A stretch of DNA of 64,000 nucleotides from NCBI GenBank assembly GCA_965223905.1, contig CBDCXV010000011.1, forward strand, positions 1,888,001 through 1,952,000. The letters are read 5' to 3'. The translations under genes and the position numbers were made by a program. This DNA comes from Candidatus Latescibacterota bacterium (GTDB lineage: Bacteria; Latescibacterota; UBA2968; UBA8231). Below are positions 24,080 through 33,807 of this stretch, piece after piece (the stretch's first letter is position 1; every line of letters begins with the position of its first letter). Below the pieces are notes generated by a model, which was given only the letters and a program-made list of their open reading frames with translations, ran no database searches and was not told where the DNA came from.

Positions 24080-25084
24080 ATGCCCCCAGACCGGCATTCC
24101 CTCACCGTAGGCACCCGCGGCAGCAGGCTCGCCCTCGCCCAGGCGGAGCGCGTCTGCTCGCTGCTGCGGGAAACGGCCGGCGACAGCCTGGAGTTGCGCC
24201 TCGATATCGTCCGCACCGAGGGGGACCGTTCCCGCGGCCCCCTCTCCGAGATCGGCGGGCAGGGGGTGTTCACCGCCGAGCTTGAAACGGCGCTGCGGGA
24301 CGGGCGGATCGACCTCGCCGTCCACAGCCTCAAGGATTTGCCGACCGCGGTCCCCGCAGATGTCGAGCTGGTCGCCGCACCGGCCCGCGCCGACGTGCGC
24401 GACGTGCTGGTCACCGCGGGAGACCGCGGCCTCGAGGAGCTGCCTGAGGGAGCCCTCCTCGGCACCGGCAGCCCCCGGCGCCGCGCCCAGTTGCTGGCCC
24501 TCCGCCCCGACCTGCGGTTCGACGAAATCCGCGGCAACGTCGACACCCGGATCGGCAAGGTCGGCGCCGGCGGCCTCGACGGCGTCGTGCTGGCCGCCGC
24601 GGGCTTGCAGCGGCTCGGCCTGCTGAGCCGCATCAGCTCCTACATCGACATCGACCAGGTGCTTCCCGCCCCCGGACAGGGAGTGCTCGGCCTGCAGATG
24701 CGCCGCGGCGACCCCCGCCGCGGCCTGGTTGCCGCCCTGAACCACGGACCGACCCGGGCCGGCGCCGCGGCCGAACGCAGCCTGCTTCACGCACTCGGCG
24801 GCGGCTGCCGCGCCCCGGTGGCCGCCTGGGGGCGCGAGATCAGCGGCGAGCTGCTCCTCGACGGCCTGGTCGCCTCCGCGGACGGCCGCGAGCTGTTGAG
24901 GCGCACCGACGAGGGCCTTCCCGACGCCGCGGATCAGCTCGGCCGCGAGCTGTTGAGGCGCACCGACGAGGGCCTTCCCGACGCCGCGGATCAGCTCGGC
25001 CGCGACCAGGCCGCCGAGCTGATCCGCGCCGGAGCCGGCCGCCTGCTGGAACGGGCCGGCCCCAGGGAAACGAGCTCTCCATGA
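24080..25084 (+). CDS. hemC: Hydroxymethylbilane synthase (porphobilinogen deaminase)
   Basis: VGTRGSRLALAQ, DLAVHSLKDLP, GTGSPRR, IRGNVDTR, PAPGQG, GGGCRAP. Contains a 19-aa duplication. Confidence 0.95.
   Translation: MPPDRHSLTVGTRGSRLALAQAERVCSLLRETAGDSLELRLDIVRTEGDRSRGPLSEIGGQGVFTAELETALRDGRIDLAVHSLKDLPTAVPADVELVAAPARADVRDVLVTAGDRGLEELPEGALLGTGSPRRRAQLLALRPDLRFDEIRGNVDTRIGKVGAGGLDGVVLAAAGLQRLGLLSRISSYIDIDQVLPAPGQGVLGLQMRRGDPRRGLVAALNHGPTRAGAAAERSLLHALGGGCRAPVAAWGREISGELLLDGLVASADGRELLRRTDEGLPDAADQLGRELLRRTDEGLPDAADQLGRDQAAELIRAGAGRLLERAGPRETSSP
24883..25005 (+). repeat. Exact 57-bp in-frame tandem duplication inside hemC
   Basis: Unit starts at 24883 and 24940. CGGCCGCGA recurs at 24883, 24940 and 24997. 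Protein shows GRELLRRTDEGLPDAADQL twice. Confidence 0.95.
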
Positions 25085-26634
25085 ACTTCCCGCCGGCAGC
25101 GCCGGGAATCGTCTACATCGTCGGGGGCGGCCCGGGAGACCCGGGCCTGCTGACCCTCAAGGGGGCCCACCTGGTCTCCGAGGCGGACGTGATCCTCTTC
25201 GACGACCTGCTCGACCGGCGCCTCCTCGGGCTCGCCCGCGGGGACTGCGAACAGGTGTACGTCGGCCATCGCGGCGGCGGCAGCAGCGGCGGCGGGCGGA
25301 AACAGGAGGAGGTCAACGGGCTGCTAATTCAATTGGCGCGCGCGGGCCGCCGGGTGGTGCGCCTGAAGGGGGGGGATCCCTACATCTTCGGCCGCGGCGG
25401 CGAGGAGGCGGTGGCGCTCGCCGAAGCCGGGGTGCCGTTCGAGGTGGTCTCCGGAGTGAGCGCGGCCTCCGGGGTCCCGGCGTACGCCGGCATCCCGCTG
25501 ACCCACCGCAACGTCTCCGCGGCCGCGGTCCTCGTAACCGGACACGAGGACCCTGCGCGCGGCGCCCCGGGGGTCGACTGGGAGTTGCTGGCCCGGCTCG
25601 ACAGCACCCTCGTCGTCTTCATGGGGTCGCGCAAGCTCGGAGAGATCGCCGCGACGCTGACCCGGCACGGGCGCTCTCCCGAAACCCCCGCCGCGGCCAT
25701 CGAGCGGGGGACGTGGCCGCACCAGCGCACCGTGGTCTCGACCCTGGGACAGGTCGCCGATGCGGCCAGGGACGCGGCCCTGGAGTCGCCGACCCTCGTC
25801 CTCGTGGGGGAGGTGGTCGCCCTGCGCGAGCAGCTCAACTGGTTCGAGGGGAAGCCGCTGTTCGGCCGCCGCATCCTCGTCACCCGCAGCCGCGAGCAGG
25901 CCGGCCACCTGCAGCTGATGCTCGAGGCGGAAGGGGCCGAGGTCTCGGCGCTGCCGCTGCTGGAGATCGGGCCGCCCGCGGACTGGGGCGATCTCGACGA
26001 CGCCCTGGGCCGCCTGCCGGAGTTCACCTGGATCCTGTTCACCAGCCCCAACAGCGTCAGCTATTTCTTCGACCGCCTCGCGGCCCTGGGAAAGGACGCC
26101 CGCGCCCTCGGAGGCTGCTCCATCGCCGCGGTCGGAATGTCGACGGCGCAGCACCTGCGCCGCCGCGGACTGGTGCCCGACCTCGTCCCGCGGGAGCAGT
26201 CCCAGAAAGGGCTCGCTACGGCCTTCGAGGAGGTCGCGGTCGCCGGGGCCAGCTTCCTTGTGCCTGCCTCTTCCATCGGCCGCACCGGTCTCGACGAGGC
26301 GCTCGCCCGCAGGGGGGGCCGCGTCCACCGGGTCGTCGCCTACGAGAACCGCCCCCCCGACCCGGAAACCGTCGAGCTGCCCGCGGCCCTGGTCGAAAAC
26401 CGGCTCGACATGATCGTCTTCGCCAGCCCTTCCTCGGTGCGCAACTTCCTCACCGTCTGCGGCCATGAAAAGGGGAAGGAGCACCTGGCCGCAGCGGCCC
26501 TCGCCTGCATCGGCCCGACCACGGCGCAGGCGGTCCGCGACCTCGGGTTCGAGGCCGCCCTGCAGCCGGCAGAGAGCAGCATTCCCACCCTCGTGCAGGC
26601 GATCTGCGCCCACTACGCCGGGGAGCGCCCGTGA
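25081..26634 (+). CDS. cobA: Uroporphyrinogen-III C-methyltransferase / uroporphyrinogen-III synthase fusion (CobA-HemD)
   Basis: VGGGPGDPGLLTLKG, VVRLKGGDPYIFGRGGEE, AGIPLTHR, then PLFGRRILVTRS, LFTSPNSV, FASPSSV, CIGPTTA. Confidence 0.95.
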   Translation: MNFPPAAPGIVYIVGGGPGDPGLLTLKGAHLVSEADVILFDDLLDRRLLGLARGDCEQVYVGHRGGGSSGGGRKQEEVNGLLIQLARAGRRVVRLKGGDPYIFGRGGEEAVALAEAGVPFEVVSGVSAASGVPAYAGIPLTHRNVSAAAVLVTGHEDPARGAPGVDWELLARLDSTLVVFMGSRKLGEIAATLTRHGRSPETPAAAIERGTWPHQRTVVSTLGQVADAARDAALESPTLVLVGEVVALREQLNWFEGKPLFGRRILVTRSREQAGHLQLMLEAEGAEVSALPLLEIGPPADWGDLDDALGRLPEFTWILFTSPNSVSYFFDRLAALGKDARALGGCSIAAVGMSTAQHLRRRGLVPDLVPREQSQKGLATAFEEVAVAGASFLVPASSIGRTGLDEALARRGGRVHRVVAYENRPPDPETVELPAALVENRLDMIVFASPSSVRNFLTVCGHEKGKEHLAAAALACIGPTTAQAVRDLGFEAALQPAESSIPTLVQAICAHYAGERP

Positions 26635-27653
26635 GTCCGGAGCGCTACCCCGCCGGCAAGCTCCCCGCGGAGCTGCTCGAGCGCATGCTCTCCCGCTACG
26701 CCGCCGGGGAGGACGAGCGTCTGCTGGTTCCCCCCGGCATCGGCGAGGACGCCGCGGTCATCCGCTTCGGGGACCGCTGCGTGGTCGCCAAGACCGACCC
26801 CATCACCTTCGCCACCGACGAGGCCGGCTGGTACGCCGTCCACGTCAACGCCAACGACGTCGCCGCCATGGGAGCGACCCCCCGTTTCTTCCTCGCCTCC
26901 GTCATCCTCCCGGAAGAGCAGGCGACCGAAGCCGTGATCGAATCGGTGTTCCGCTCGATCGACGAGGCGGCGCGGCAGTTGGGGATCGCCGTCTGCGGCG
27001 GCCACACCGAGATCACCCGCGGCATCGACCGGCCCATCGTCGTCGGGCAGATGCTCGGGGACGTCGACTGCGACAAGGTGGTGCGCTCCTCCGGACTGGT
27101 GCCGGGAGACGCCGTGCTGCTCACCAAGGGAATGGCGGTCGAGGCCACCGCCATCATTGCGCGGGAGAAGCGGGAGGAGCTGGAGGGCCGCGGTTTCGAC
27201 GCCGGCTTCCTCGACCGCTGCGCCGGGTACCTGCGGGACCCCGGGATCAGCGTGGTGCGGGACGCCGCGATCGCGACCGCGGCCGGCAAGGTGCACGCCA
27301 TGCACGACCCGACCGAAGGCGGGGTCGCCACCGGGCTGCGGGAGATCGCCGCGGCCTCCGGGGTCGGCCTCGAGGTGTTCGGGGAAAGCCTGCGCTGCAG
27401 CGACGAATCGCGGCTCCTGTGCGCGGAGTACGGCCTCGACCCGTTCGGGGCGATTTCATCGGGAGCCCTGCTGATCGGCTGTCCGCAGGAGGCGGCGGAG
27501 GCCATCCTGGCCGCCCTGGCCGAAGCGGGGATCGGCGCCGAGGTGGTCGCCCAGGTGGTCGACAGGTCCGCCGGCCTGCAGCTGCGCCGCAGGGGCCGCC
27601 TCGAGCCCCTGCCAAGCTACGAGGTCGACGAGATCACCCGCCTGTTCGCCTGA
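26631..27653 (+). CDS. AIR synthase-related (PurM/HypE-like) protein
   Basis: GKLP, PGIGEDAAV, KTDPITF, VNANDVAAMGA, GGHTEIT, AMHDPTEGG, ISSGALL. Confidence 0.85.
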   Translation: MSPERYPAGKLPAELLERMLSRYAAGEDERLLVPPGIGEDAAVIRFGDRCVVAKTDPITFATDEAGWYAVHVNANDVAAMGATPRFFLASVILPEEQATEAVIESVFRSIDEAARQLGIAVCGGHTEITRGIDRPIVVGQMLGDVDCDKVVRSSGLVPGDAVLLTKGMAVEATAIIAREKREELEGRGFDAGFLDRCAGYLRDPGISVVRDAAIATAAGKVHAMHDPTEGGVATGLREIAAASGVGLEVFGESLRCSDESRLLCAEYGLDPFGAISSGALLIGCPQEAAEAILAALAEAGIGAEVVAQVVDRSAGLQLRRRGRLEPLPSYEVDEITRLFA

Positions 27654-27727
27654 ACCTGGGTATGGATGGCTCCCGGTACAGCCCCCTCTACTTACAATTC
27701 CACCGGCAAGTTCCAAAGAGAAGAGGG

Positions 27728-28636
27728 ATGAAATCTTCGCGGATCAAGAGACGATATTGCGCGGCCCTGTGCCTGCTCCTCTGGCTGGCAATCCCTGCAG
27801 GTGCCCACAGCGGTAACCGCCTTTACCCGATTTCCTGTCTCAGCGACGAGATGGTTGACCAGATCCAGCTGCACGACGCCAGTATTGACGAGTGGATCGA
27901 GCTGCTCGGAGAGCCTGCCATGATCTCGCTTGATTTCACCCACACCATGGGGGGATCCCCGCCTGATCCGTCCGACCTCGACTTTCGGATCTGGCTGGCC
28001 TGGCACGAGGACCCTGCCCGCATCTATGTGGCCTTCGTAGCCAGCGACGACGTCTACTAGAACACCCACGACCACGGAGGCATGATTGGGGATGACAGCA
28101 TCTCCCTGGCGATCGATGGAGATCATAGCGGCGGTGAGGGCTGTTTCAACGATTGCGATTTGCAGCAGGTTCACAGTGAAACTCAGTACTACGAGGCCAT
28201 CGCGCGCGCAATCAGCGGTTCGACCTTGGACAGTCCCTTCCTCTCTGACTCTGATGCGTTCGCCTGGACGGCCTTGCCTCCTTTTGGTGAAGGGGGCGGA
28301 GGCGTAGCGGGAGAAGTGCCTTTCATCAGCGTGATCGAGCTGTACGTTACGCCGTTTGACCACTTGGTGGTTAATGACATCAACGGGAGCGTGGCCCGCG
28401 ATCTATCGCCGGGAAAGGTCATCGGCTTTGCAATAATGGTGAATGACTCGGACGAGTTTGGCTCATGGCTGCCCTGGACGCCCGAAGCCATGCAGAGAGA
28501 TGAATCCTATGCGGAAGCAGGGATTTTGTCTCTTGTCGACGGAATTCTGCTGTCTTCCGTTTCGACAGAACAAGAAGACAGCGCCGTCGAGTCGGTCTCC
28601 TGGGGACGAATCAAGGCTGCCTTGGACATGAAGTAG
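27728..28636 (+). pseudogene. Secreted DOMON/CBM9-like protein with C-terminal SWGRIK motif, interrupted by in-frame TAG at 28058-28060
   Basis: Signal peptide, DPSDLDFRIWLAW, ASDDVY*NTH (same frame continues), IDGDHSGG, ends SAVESVSWGRIKAALDMK. Paralog at 58900-59826. Confidence 0.65.
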
Positions 28637-28819
28637 CCGCACTGCCATCCCCGGCTCAGACTTCAAATCCCTCATACCACTCAAGCTGCAGCGCGCAGAC
28701 CCCGCCGCGTGATCCCCGCGCCCTGATCGGCTGCCTTTCTTGACAGCCCCGGGGGCGGACGCGAATTTCTCCCGCCCCATCGCGTCAGACAGTTCTAACC
28801 CTATCAGACAGAGAGACTT

Positions 28820-29977
28820 ATGGCCTTTCAGGATATCCTCGAATTCCGCAGCCCGACGCGGTTGCTGCACGGTCCCGGGGCGATCTCCCGGCTGCCCGAA
28901 CTGCTGCCTTCCGGCACCCGGGTCCTCGTCGTCACTGACAATGGGCTGCGCGAGGCCGGGGTGATAGACCAGGTCGCCGCGGTCCTCGAGCAGGCGGAGA
29001 TCGACCACGCCGTGTTCTCCGATGTGCTCCCGAACCCGCCGGCGAGCTGCGTCGAGGAGGGGGCCCGCTTCTTCGCCGAACAGGAGTGCGGGGCCCTGCT
29101 GGGCGTGGGGGGCGGCAGCCCCATGGACGTCGCCAAGATGATCGGCGTCCTCGTCTCCCACGGGGGCCGCATCGAGGAGTACCTGATGGCGCCGGGGAAG
29201 ATCACCGTCGACATCCCGCCCCTGGTCTGCGTGCCGACGACCTACGGCACCGGCAGCGAGGTCACCCCGTTCGCCGTGCTGACCAACCCGGAATCCCGCA
29301 ACAAGGACCCGGTCATCAGCTGGAGGATCGCCCCGCGCGCCGGCATCCTCGATGCCGCCCTGTGCACGGCCCTTCCCGCCGCGGTCGGCGGCCCCACCGG
29401 GATGGACGCCCTGACCCACGCCATCGAGTCGTACACCAACCTGATGGCCTCCCCGATCAGCGACGCCATCGCGCTCGAAGCGATGCGCCTGATCGGGGAG
29501 AACCTGCGCCTCGCCTGCGCCAACGACCACGAAACCGAAGCGACCCGAAACATGCTGCTGGCCAGCGCCATGGCCGGGATCGCCTTCTCGCAGACCCGGC
29601 TCGGAAACGTGCACGCCATGTCGCACCCGGTCGGGGCCCAGTTCGGCGTTCACCACGGTCTCGCCAACGCCGTGCTGCTGCCCTATGTGATGGATTTCAA
29701 CTTGGTGTCGCGGACCGGCAAGTTCGCCGACGTCGCCGAGGCGCTGGGGGGAGATACCGAAGGGCTGGGCGACCAGGAGGCCGCCCGCCTCGCCGTGAAG
29801 CTTGTGCGGCAGCTCAACGAAGACCTGGGGATCCCGGAGAAGCTGGGAACTCTCGGTGTCGAGGAGAGCGGCATCGACGACCTGGCCGAAGCGACCATGC
29901 AGAGCGGCAACGTCGCGGTCAATCCGCGCAAGACCACGCGCCGGGACGTCGAGGAGATCTTCAGGCAGGCGATCTAG
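28820..29977 (+). CDS. Iron-containing alcohol dehydrogenase
   Basis: GGGSPMDVAK, VPTTYGTGSEVT, GMDALTHAIE, GNVHAMSH, HHGLANA. Confidence 0.95.
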   Translation: MAFQDILEFRSPTRLLHGPGAISRLPELLPSGTRVLVVTDNGLREAGVIDQVAAVLEQAEIDHAVFSDVLPNPPASCVEEGARFFAEQECGALLGVGGGSPMDVAKMIGVLVSHGGRIEEYLMAPGKITVDIPPLVCVPTTYGTGSEVTPFAVLTNPESRNKDPVISWRIAPRAGILDAALCTALPAAVGGPTGMDALTHAIESYTNLMASPISDAIALEAMRLIGENLRLACANDHETEATRNMLLASAMAGIAFSQTRLGNVHAMSHPVGAQFGVHHGLANAVLLPYVMDFNLVSRTGKFADVAEALGGDTEGLGDQEAARLAVKLVRQLNEDLGIPEKLGTLGVEESGIDDLAEATMQSGNVAVNPRKTTRRDVEEIFRQAI

Positions 29978-30032
29978 AAAAAATGGATCTGCTTTTCACT
30001 AGATAAAATTCGGATTCAGAAAAGAACGCGAA

Positions 30033-30608
30033 ATGGCGAGCGAAGCGTACGACCCCCTCGATTATGATAACTTGGCACATAGTATCGTCCATGCCCTATT
30101 GGATAGGAGTCCCGTCACCCTTCCACCGACTGAAAGTTTCCCTGGATGCGGCGTATATGCTCTTTATTACACAGGCCCCCTGGAATTTTATTCCCATGTT
30201 TCCTCAATGGACTTTTGTATTCCCATATACGTTGGAAAAGCAGTGCCGAGAGGTGCAAGAAAGGGGAGTGAGAAGGGTGACTCGGAAGCAGGCACCCCGC
30301 TGTACAGCCGCCTGCGCCAGCATGCCAACTCAATCAAAGAGGTAAACAACCTCCACCAAGTGGAGTTTAAATGCCGTTACCTAGTTTTGGTTCCTGTATG
30401 GATCACACTTGCGGAACGATTTCTGATCGGCCACTTCAAACCCGTGTGGAATACCGTGATCGACGGTTTTGGCAACCACGCTCCGGGTAAAGGCCGCAGC
30501 AATATGCGCCGCCCTCGTTGGGACGTCCTGCATCCGGGACGACCATGGGCGGAACCGTTGACGGCCGAAGAAACTGCTGATCAAATAATTGCACTCCTGG
30601 ATCCATAA
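30033..30608 (+). CDS. Eco29kI-family GIY-YIG restriction endonuclease
   Basis: YDPL, GVYALYY..PIYVGKAVP.G.RKG, LYSRLRQH, WITLAE..LI, PVWN..IDGFGNHAPGKGR, WDVLHPGR.WA. Lower GC than flanks. Confidence 0.88.
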   Translation: MASEAYDPLDYDNLAHSIVHALLDRSPVTLPPTESFPGCGVYALYYTGPLEFYSHVSSMDFCIPIYVGKAVPRGARKGSEKGDSEAGTPLYSRLRQHANSIKEVNNLHQVEFKCRYLVLVPVWITLAERFLIGHFKPVWNTVIDGFGNHAPGKGRSNMRRPRWDVLHPGRPWAEPLTAEETADQIIALLDP

Positions 30609-30613
30609 ACGAC

Positions 30614-32176
30614 TCAGGGAACTCGAAGCTCGACGGCTGTTTCGTACAGCCTCGTCGGTTGTTTAACCGTACCAATACGAACGGACGAGTTGACGATGCT
30701 GTTGCCGGTGCGTTTGCTGCGCACCTCGTGCAGATCGACAATTTCGAATCCCTCCGTCTCCGCGATCTCAGCAAACAACCTGTCCGTACGGAACTCAATC
30801 CCTTGGAGAATGTTGTTTCCGATGACCACAACGACCTTGCCGCCGGACCTCATGCGGCTCAGCGTAAGCGCACAGAACCGCTGGCAGTCGTTGAAGTACG
30901 TCGCGGCGTAGTTCGCCCATCCAGGTCCGCCATAGGCTCCCTTTTCCGCATTCCGCTCCCTTAGATCCTTCAACTGCGCGGCCAGGTGCGGAAGAGGGGG
31001 ACGCAACGGGATCTCCGGCCCTGTCCGTACCGTCTGCCAGAACTGCCCGAAGCTTTTGTGCTCGATCTCTTTCAGATCCTTCGAATCCTGCACCATTCCC
31101 AGCCAGAACATGTGCGGTCTGGTATTTCGGATGTAGTGGTAGTTATTGAGGTAGGGCGGCGAAGTGACGACCACGTCGATGCTGTGCGGCTCGACTCTGC
31201 CGGCATCGTCGAAATAGGAGGATGGATGGATGGTTGAACGTGGTAGCCGCTTGAACTGGGACATCCAGCACTGAAAGGTGGCGATGTCTTCGCACATTTC
31301 CCGCAGCTTGCGCTTGACGACGCTAAACACGTCCGCGTAATCGATTTCGGCCTTTCCGGCTGCCGCCCTGGTTCCCAGGCTCGGTTCGTAGGAATAGTTG
31401 GAAAAGCCGACCATCACGGCCCCGAACGCCACCTGGAATAGATCCTTGAGCCAGCCTGCCGTTTCCTCGGCGATGAAATCCTGGCATGCCAGCGCCTGCC
31501 GCTCCACCGCCGGACTAAAAAACGGGACCCGGCTTCTGAACCCCGCAGGGGGAAGAGATGCCGTTCCCCCGTCCATCCACAGTTTTTCTTCGGCGAACTC
31601 CTCGAAACGGTCGAGCAAAGTCTTGAGCATCTCGACGTCGTAGTGCGCAGCACCTGTCTTGGCTTTGCAGGCGAGCGCTGCCCATGGGTTTATTTCGAAT
31701 CCGATGGCATCGTCCCCATGCTTGAGAGCCTCGACGAGGGTCGTGCCGACCCCTACAAACGGATCTAGCACGCGAAGCCGCCGTCGCCCGCGTCTCGAAT
31801 CGTCGAGCACGCCGGCGACAAACGAACTGGAGAACCCCGCGATCCAGGGAACCCAGCGGTGGAGGGTGCGGTCGTGATTTTCTGAAAAGGCGGTGTCCCG
31901 AAATCCCGAGAGCTGCAGCTCGTACTGTGCCTCGGGCTCTGGGGCAGCGGGTCCGGGGCCTCCAGGGCCCCCCAACTGCCCGTCAATGCCAAGGTCGGCC
32001 TTCCCGGCAAGCCAAGCTTCGATCGCGCTGCGCAGAAATCGCCACTCGCGGCCTACCTTTTGCGAGGGGACGCGCCGGGTCCGTGCCATTTCCCCGAGCG
32101 TCTTCTCACTTACCCTGATGATCCCTGCCGCTTCGGAAAGCGTGAGGATTTCTGGAAATTCCGTATCTTCTTTCAT
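30614..32176 (-). CDS. Amino-DNA methyltransferase (SPPY, probable m4C) with N-terminal excisionase-like HTH
   Basis: ILTLSEAA..IRVSEKTL...KVGREWRF (HTH_17-like), HRWVPWIAGFS, VLDPFVGVGTT (motif I), VVTSPPYLN (motif IV). Convergent with the endonuclease. Confidence 0.85.
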   Translation of the reverse strand: MKEDTEFPEILTLSEAAGIIRVSEKTLGEMARTRRVPSQKVGREWRFLRSAIEAWLAGKADLGIDGQLGGPGGPGPAAPEPEAQYELQLSGFRDTAFSENHDRTLHRWVPWIAGFSSSFVAGVLDDSRRGRRRLRVLDPFVGVGTTLVEALKHGDDAIGFEINPWAALACKAKTGAAHYDVEMLKTLLDRFEEFAEEKLWMDGGTASLPPAGFRSRVPFFSPAVERQALACQDFIAEETAGWLKDLFQVAFGAVMVGFSNYSYEPSLGTRAAAGKAEIDYADVFSVVKRKLREMCEDIATFQCWMSQFKRLPRSTIHPSSYFDDAGRVEPHSIDVVVTSPPYLNNYHYIRNTRPHMFWLGMVQDSKDLKEIEHKSFGQFWQTVRTGPEIPLRPPLPHLAAQLKDLRERNAEKGAYGGPGWANYAATYFNDCQRFCALTLSRMRSGGKVVVVIGNNILQGIEFRTDRLFAEIAETEGFEIVDLHEVRSKRTGNSIVNSSVRIGTVKQPTRLYETAVELRVP

Positions 32177-32522
32177 CTTCCCTTGCCTTCCTGTAAAGGC
32201 TTGTAAAGTAGCTTAATTTTGCGAACGGAAGAATGTCAAGCCTTTTTGGCCTGAGAGGCTCGGTTCCCGGGCAGGTAGCGAGGGTAAACCGGTTGTCGGC
32301 CTTTCCGTCCGAGTCGATGAACACAGGCCCTGGGCTTCCGCTCTCGCTTAGCCGAAGGCCTGCCGGGGAGCGGGATTCCCCCGGGCGACTCTTCCCTATC
32401 CGGCTTACGAATGTGAGGCCCCGGTTTCCGGCTTCCAGCCAGCCGTGACCGGCCTCCGGAATTGCCTACATTTTGTCGCCACTACACCGGAACTCGAAAC
32501 ACCAAACAAGCAGGAGCGGATC

Positions 32523-33782
32523 ATGCAACTTCCCAGGATGATGCGGGTCAAACAGCGTTTCGACGGACCTGCCCTCGAAGACATTCCCGGCGCCGTGCGC
32601 GAGGAGATCGCAAAGCAGAACCTCTCGGGCAAGGTCGCCAAGGGGGACAGCGTCGCCATCAGCGTCGGCAGCCGCGGCATCGCCAACATCGCCCTGATCA
32701 CCAGGACCGCAATCGAGGAGCTGCAGGCCCTGGGGGCGGAGCCGTTCGTGGTCCCGGCGATGGGCAGCCACGGCGGCGGCAGGGCCGAGGGGCAGCGCGA
32801 AATCATCGAGAGCTACGGCGTCACCGAGGAGTACATCGGGGCGCCGATCCGGTCGTCGATGGAGGTGGTGCAGGTCGGCGAGACCGGTGACGGGGTGCCG
32901 GTCTTCTTCGACAAGTACGCGTACGAGGCGGACCACGTGGTCGTCGCCGGGCGCGTCAAGCCGCATACAGGATTCGTCGGCGAGATCGAGAGCGGCCTGC
33001 ACAAGATGATGCTGATCGGCCTCGGCAAGCACAAAGGGGCCGCCCTCTACCACCAGGCCATCGTCCATTACAGCTTCGACCGCATCGTGCGCGCGGTCGG
33101 CCAGACCGTGATCGACAAGTGCGGGGTGCTGTTCGGCCTCGGCATCGTCGAGAACCAGTACGACAGGACGGCCCTGGTGCGGGCGGTGGAACCGGAGAAC
33201 TTCGTCGAGGGGGAGAAGGAGCTGCTGCTCCTCGCCAAGAAGTGGATGCCCTCGCTGCCGTTCGACCAGATCGACGTGCTCGTCGTCGAGGAGATGGGCA
33301 AGAACATCAGCGGCGCCGGCATGGACACCAACGTCATCGGCCGCAAGTACTACGACCACAAGGCGGCAGAGAAGGAGTACCCCAAGGTCACCCGCATCGC
33401 CGTGCGCAGCCTGACCGAGGAGACCCACGGCAACGCCTCCGGCATCGGCATGGCCGACTACATCCACTCGCGCATCCTCGACCAGATCGACCTCGAGGCG
33501 ACCGCCATCAACACCATGACCGGCAACCACCCGTCCGCCGGGGCGGTGCCGATCTGCTTCGACAGCGACCGCAAGGTGCTCGAAGCGGCGCTGTCGACCT
33601 GCGGTCTGGTGGAGCCGCCCGACGCCAGGGTGATGCGCATCCGCAACACCCTCGACGTCGAGGAGATCCTGGTTTCGGAGGCCTGCGAGAAGGAGGTCGC
33701 GCGCCGCGAGGAGCTCAGCGTCGTCGAGCCGCCGCAGGAGATGCAGTTCGACGCCAACGACGACCTGCTCCCCTTCGAGTGA
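32523..33782 (+). CDS. LarA/DUF2088-like (lactate racemase domain) protein
   Basis: VAISVGSRGIANI, PFVVPAMGSHGG, RVKPHT.F...ESGL.KM..IGLGK, GKNISGAGMDTNVIGR, HGNASGIG, RIRNTL. Confidence 0.7.
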   Translation: MQLPRMMRVKQRFDGPALEDIPGAVREEIAKQNLSGKVAKGDSVAISVGSRGIANIALITRTAIEELQALGAEPFVVPAMGSHGGGRAEGQREIIESYGVTEEYIGAPIRSSMEVVQVGETGDGVPVFFDKYAYEADHVVVAGRVKPHTGFVGEIESGLHKMMLIGLGKHKGAALYHQAIVHYSFDRIVRAVGQTVIDKCGVLFGLGIVENQYDRTALVRAVEPENFVEGEKELLLLAKKWMPSLPFDQIDVLVVEEMGKNISGAGMDTNVIGRKYYDHKAAEKEYPKVTRIAVRSLTEETHGNASGIGMADYIHSRILDQIDLEATAINTMTGNHPSAGAVPICFDSDRKVLEAALSTCGLVEPPDARVMRIRNTLDVEEILVSEACEKEVARREELSVVEPPQEMQFDANDDLLPFE

Positions 33783-33807
33783 CCCGCTTCCGGCAAGGGG
33801 AGGAGCC

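Noticed and set aside
21943-25005. CRISPR array from the tandem repeats
   Set aside because: Only two to three copies, no unique spacers between identical repeats, and no cas genes.
32466-32478. CTACATTTTGTCG as another operator of the nitrogen regulon upstream of the LarA-like gene
   Set aside because: The spacer is 3 nt, not 4, with no partner site 30 bp away and no clear sigma54 box. It could be a homopolymer error, so it is left unresolved.
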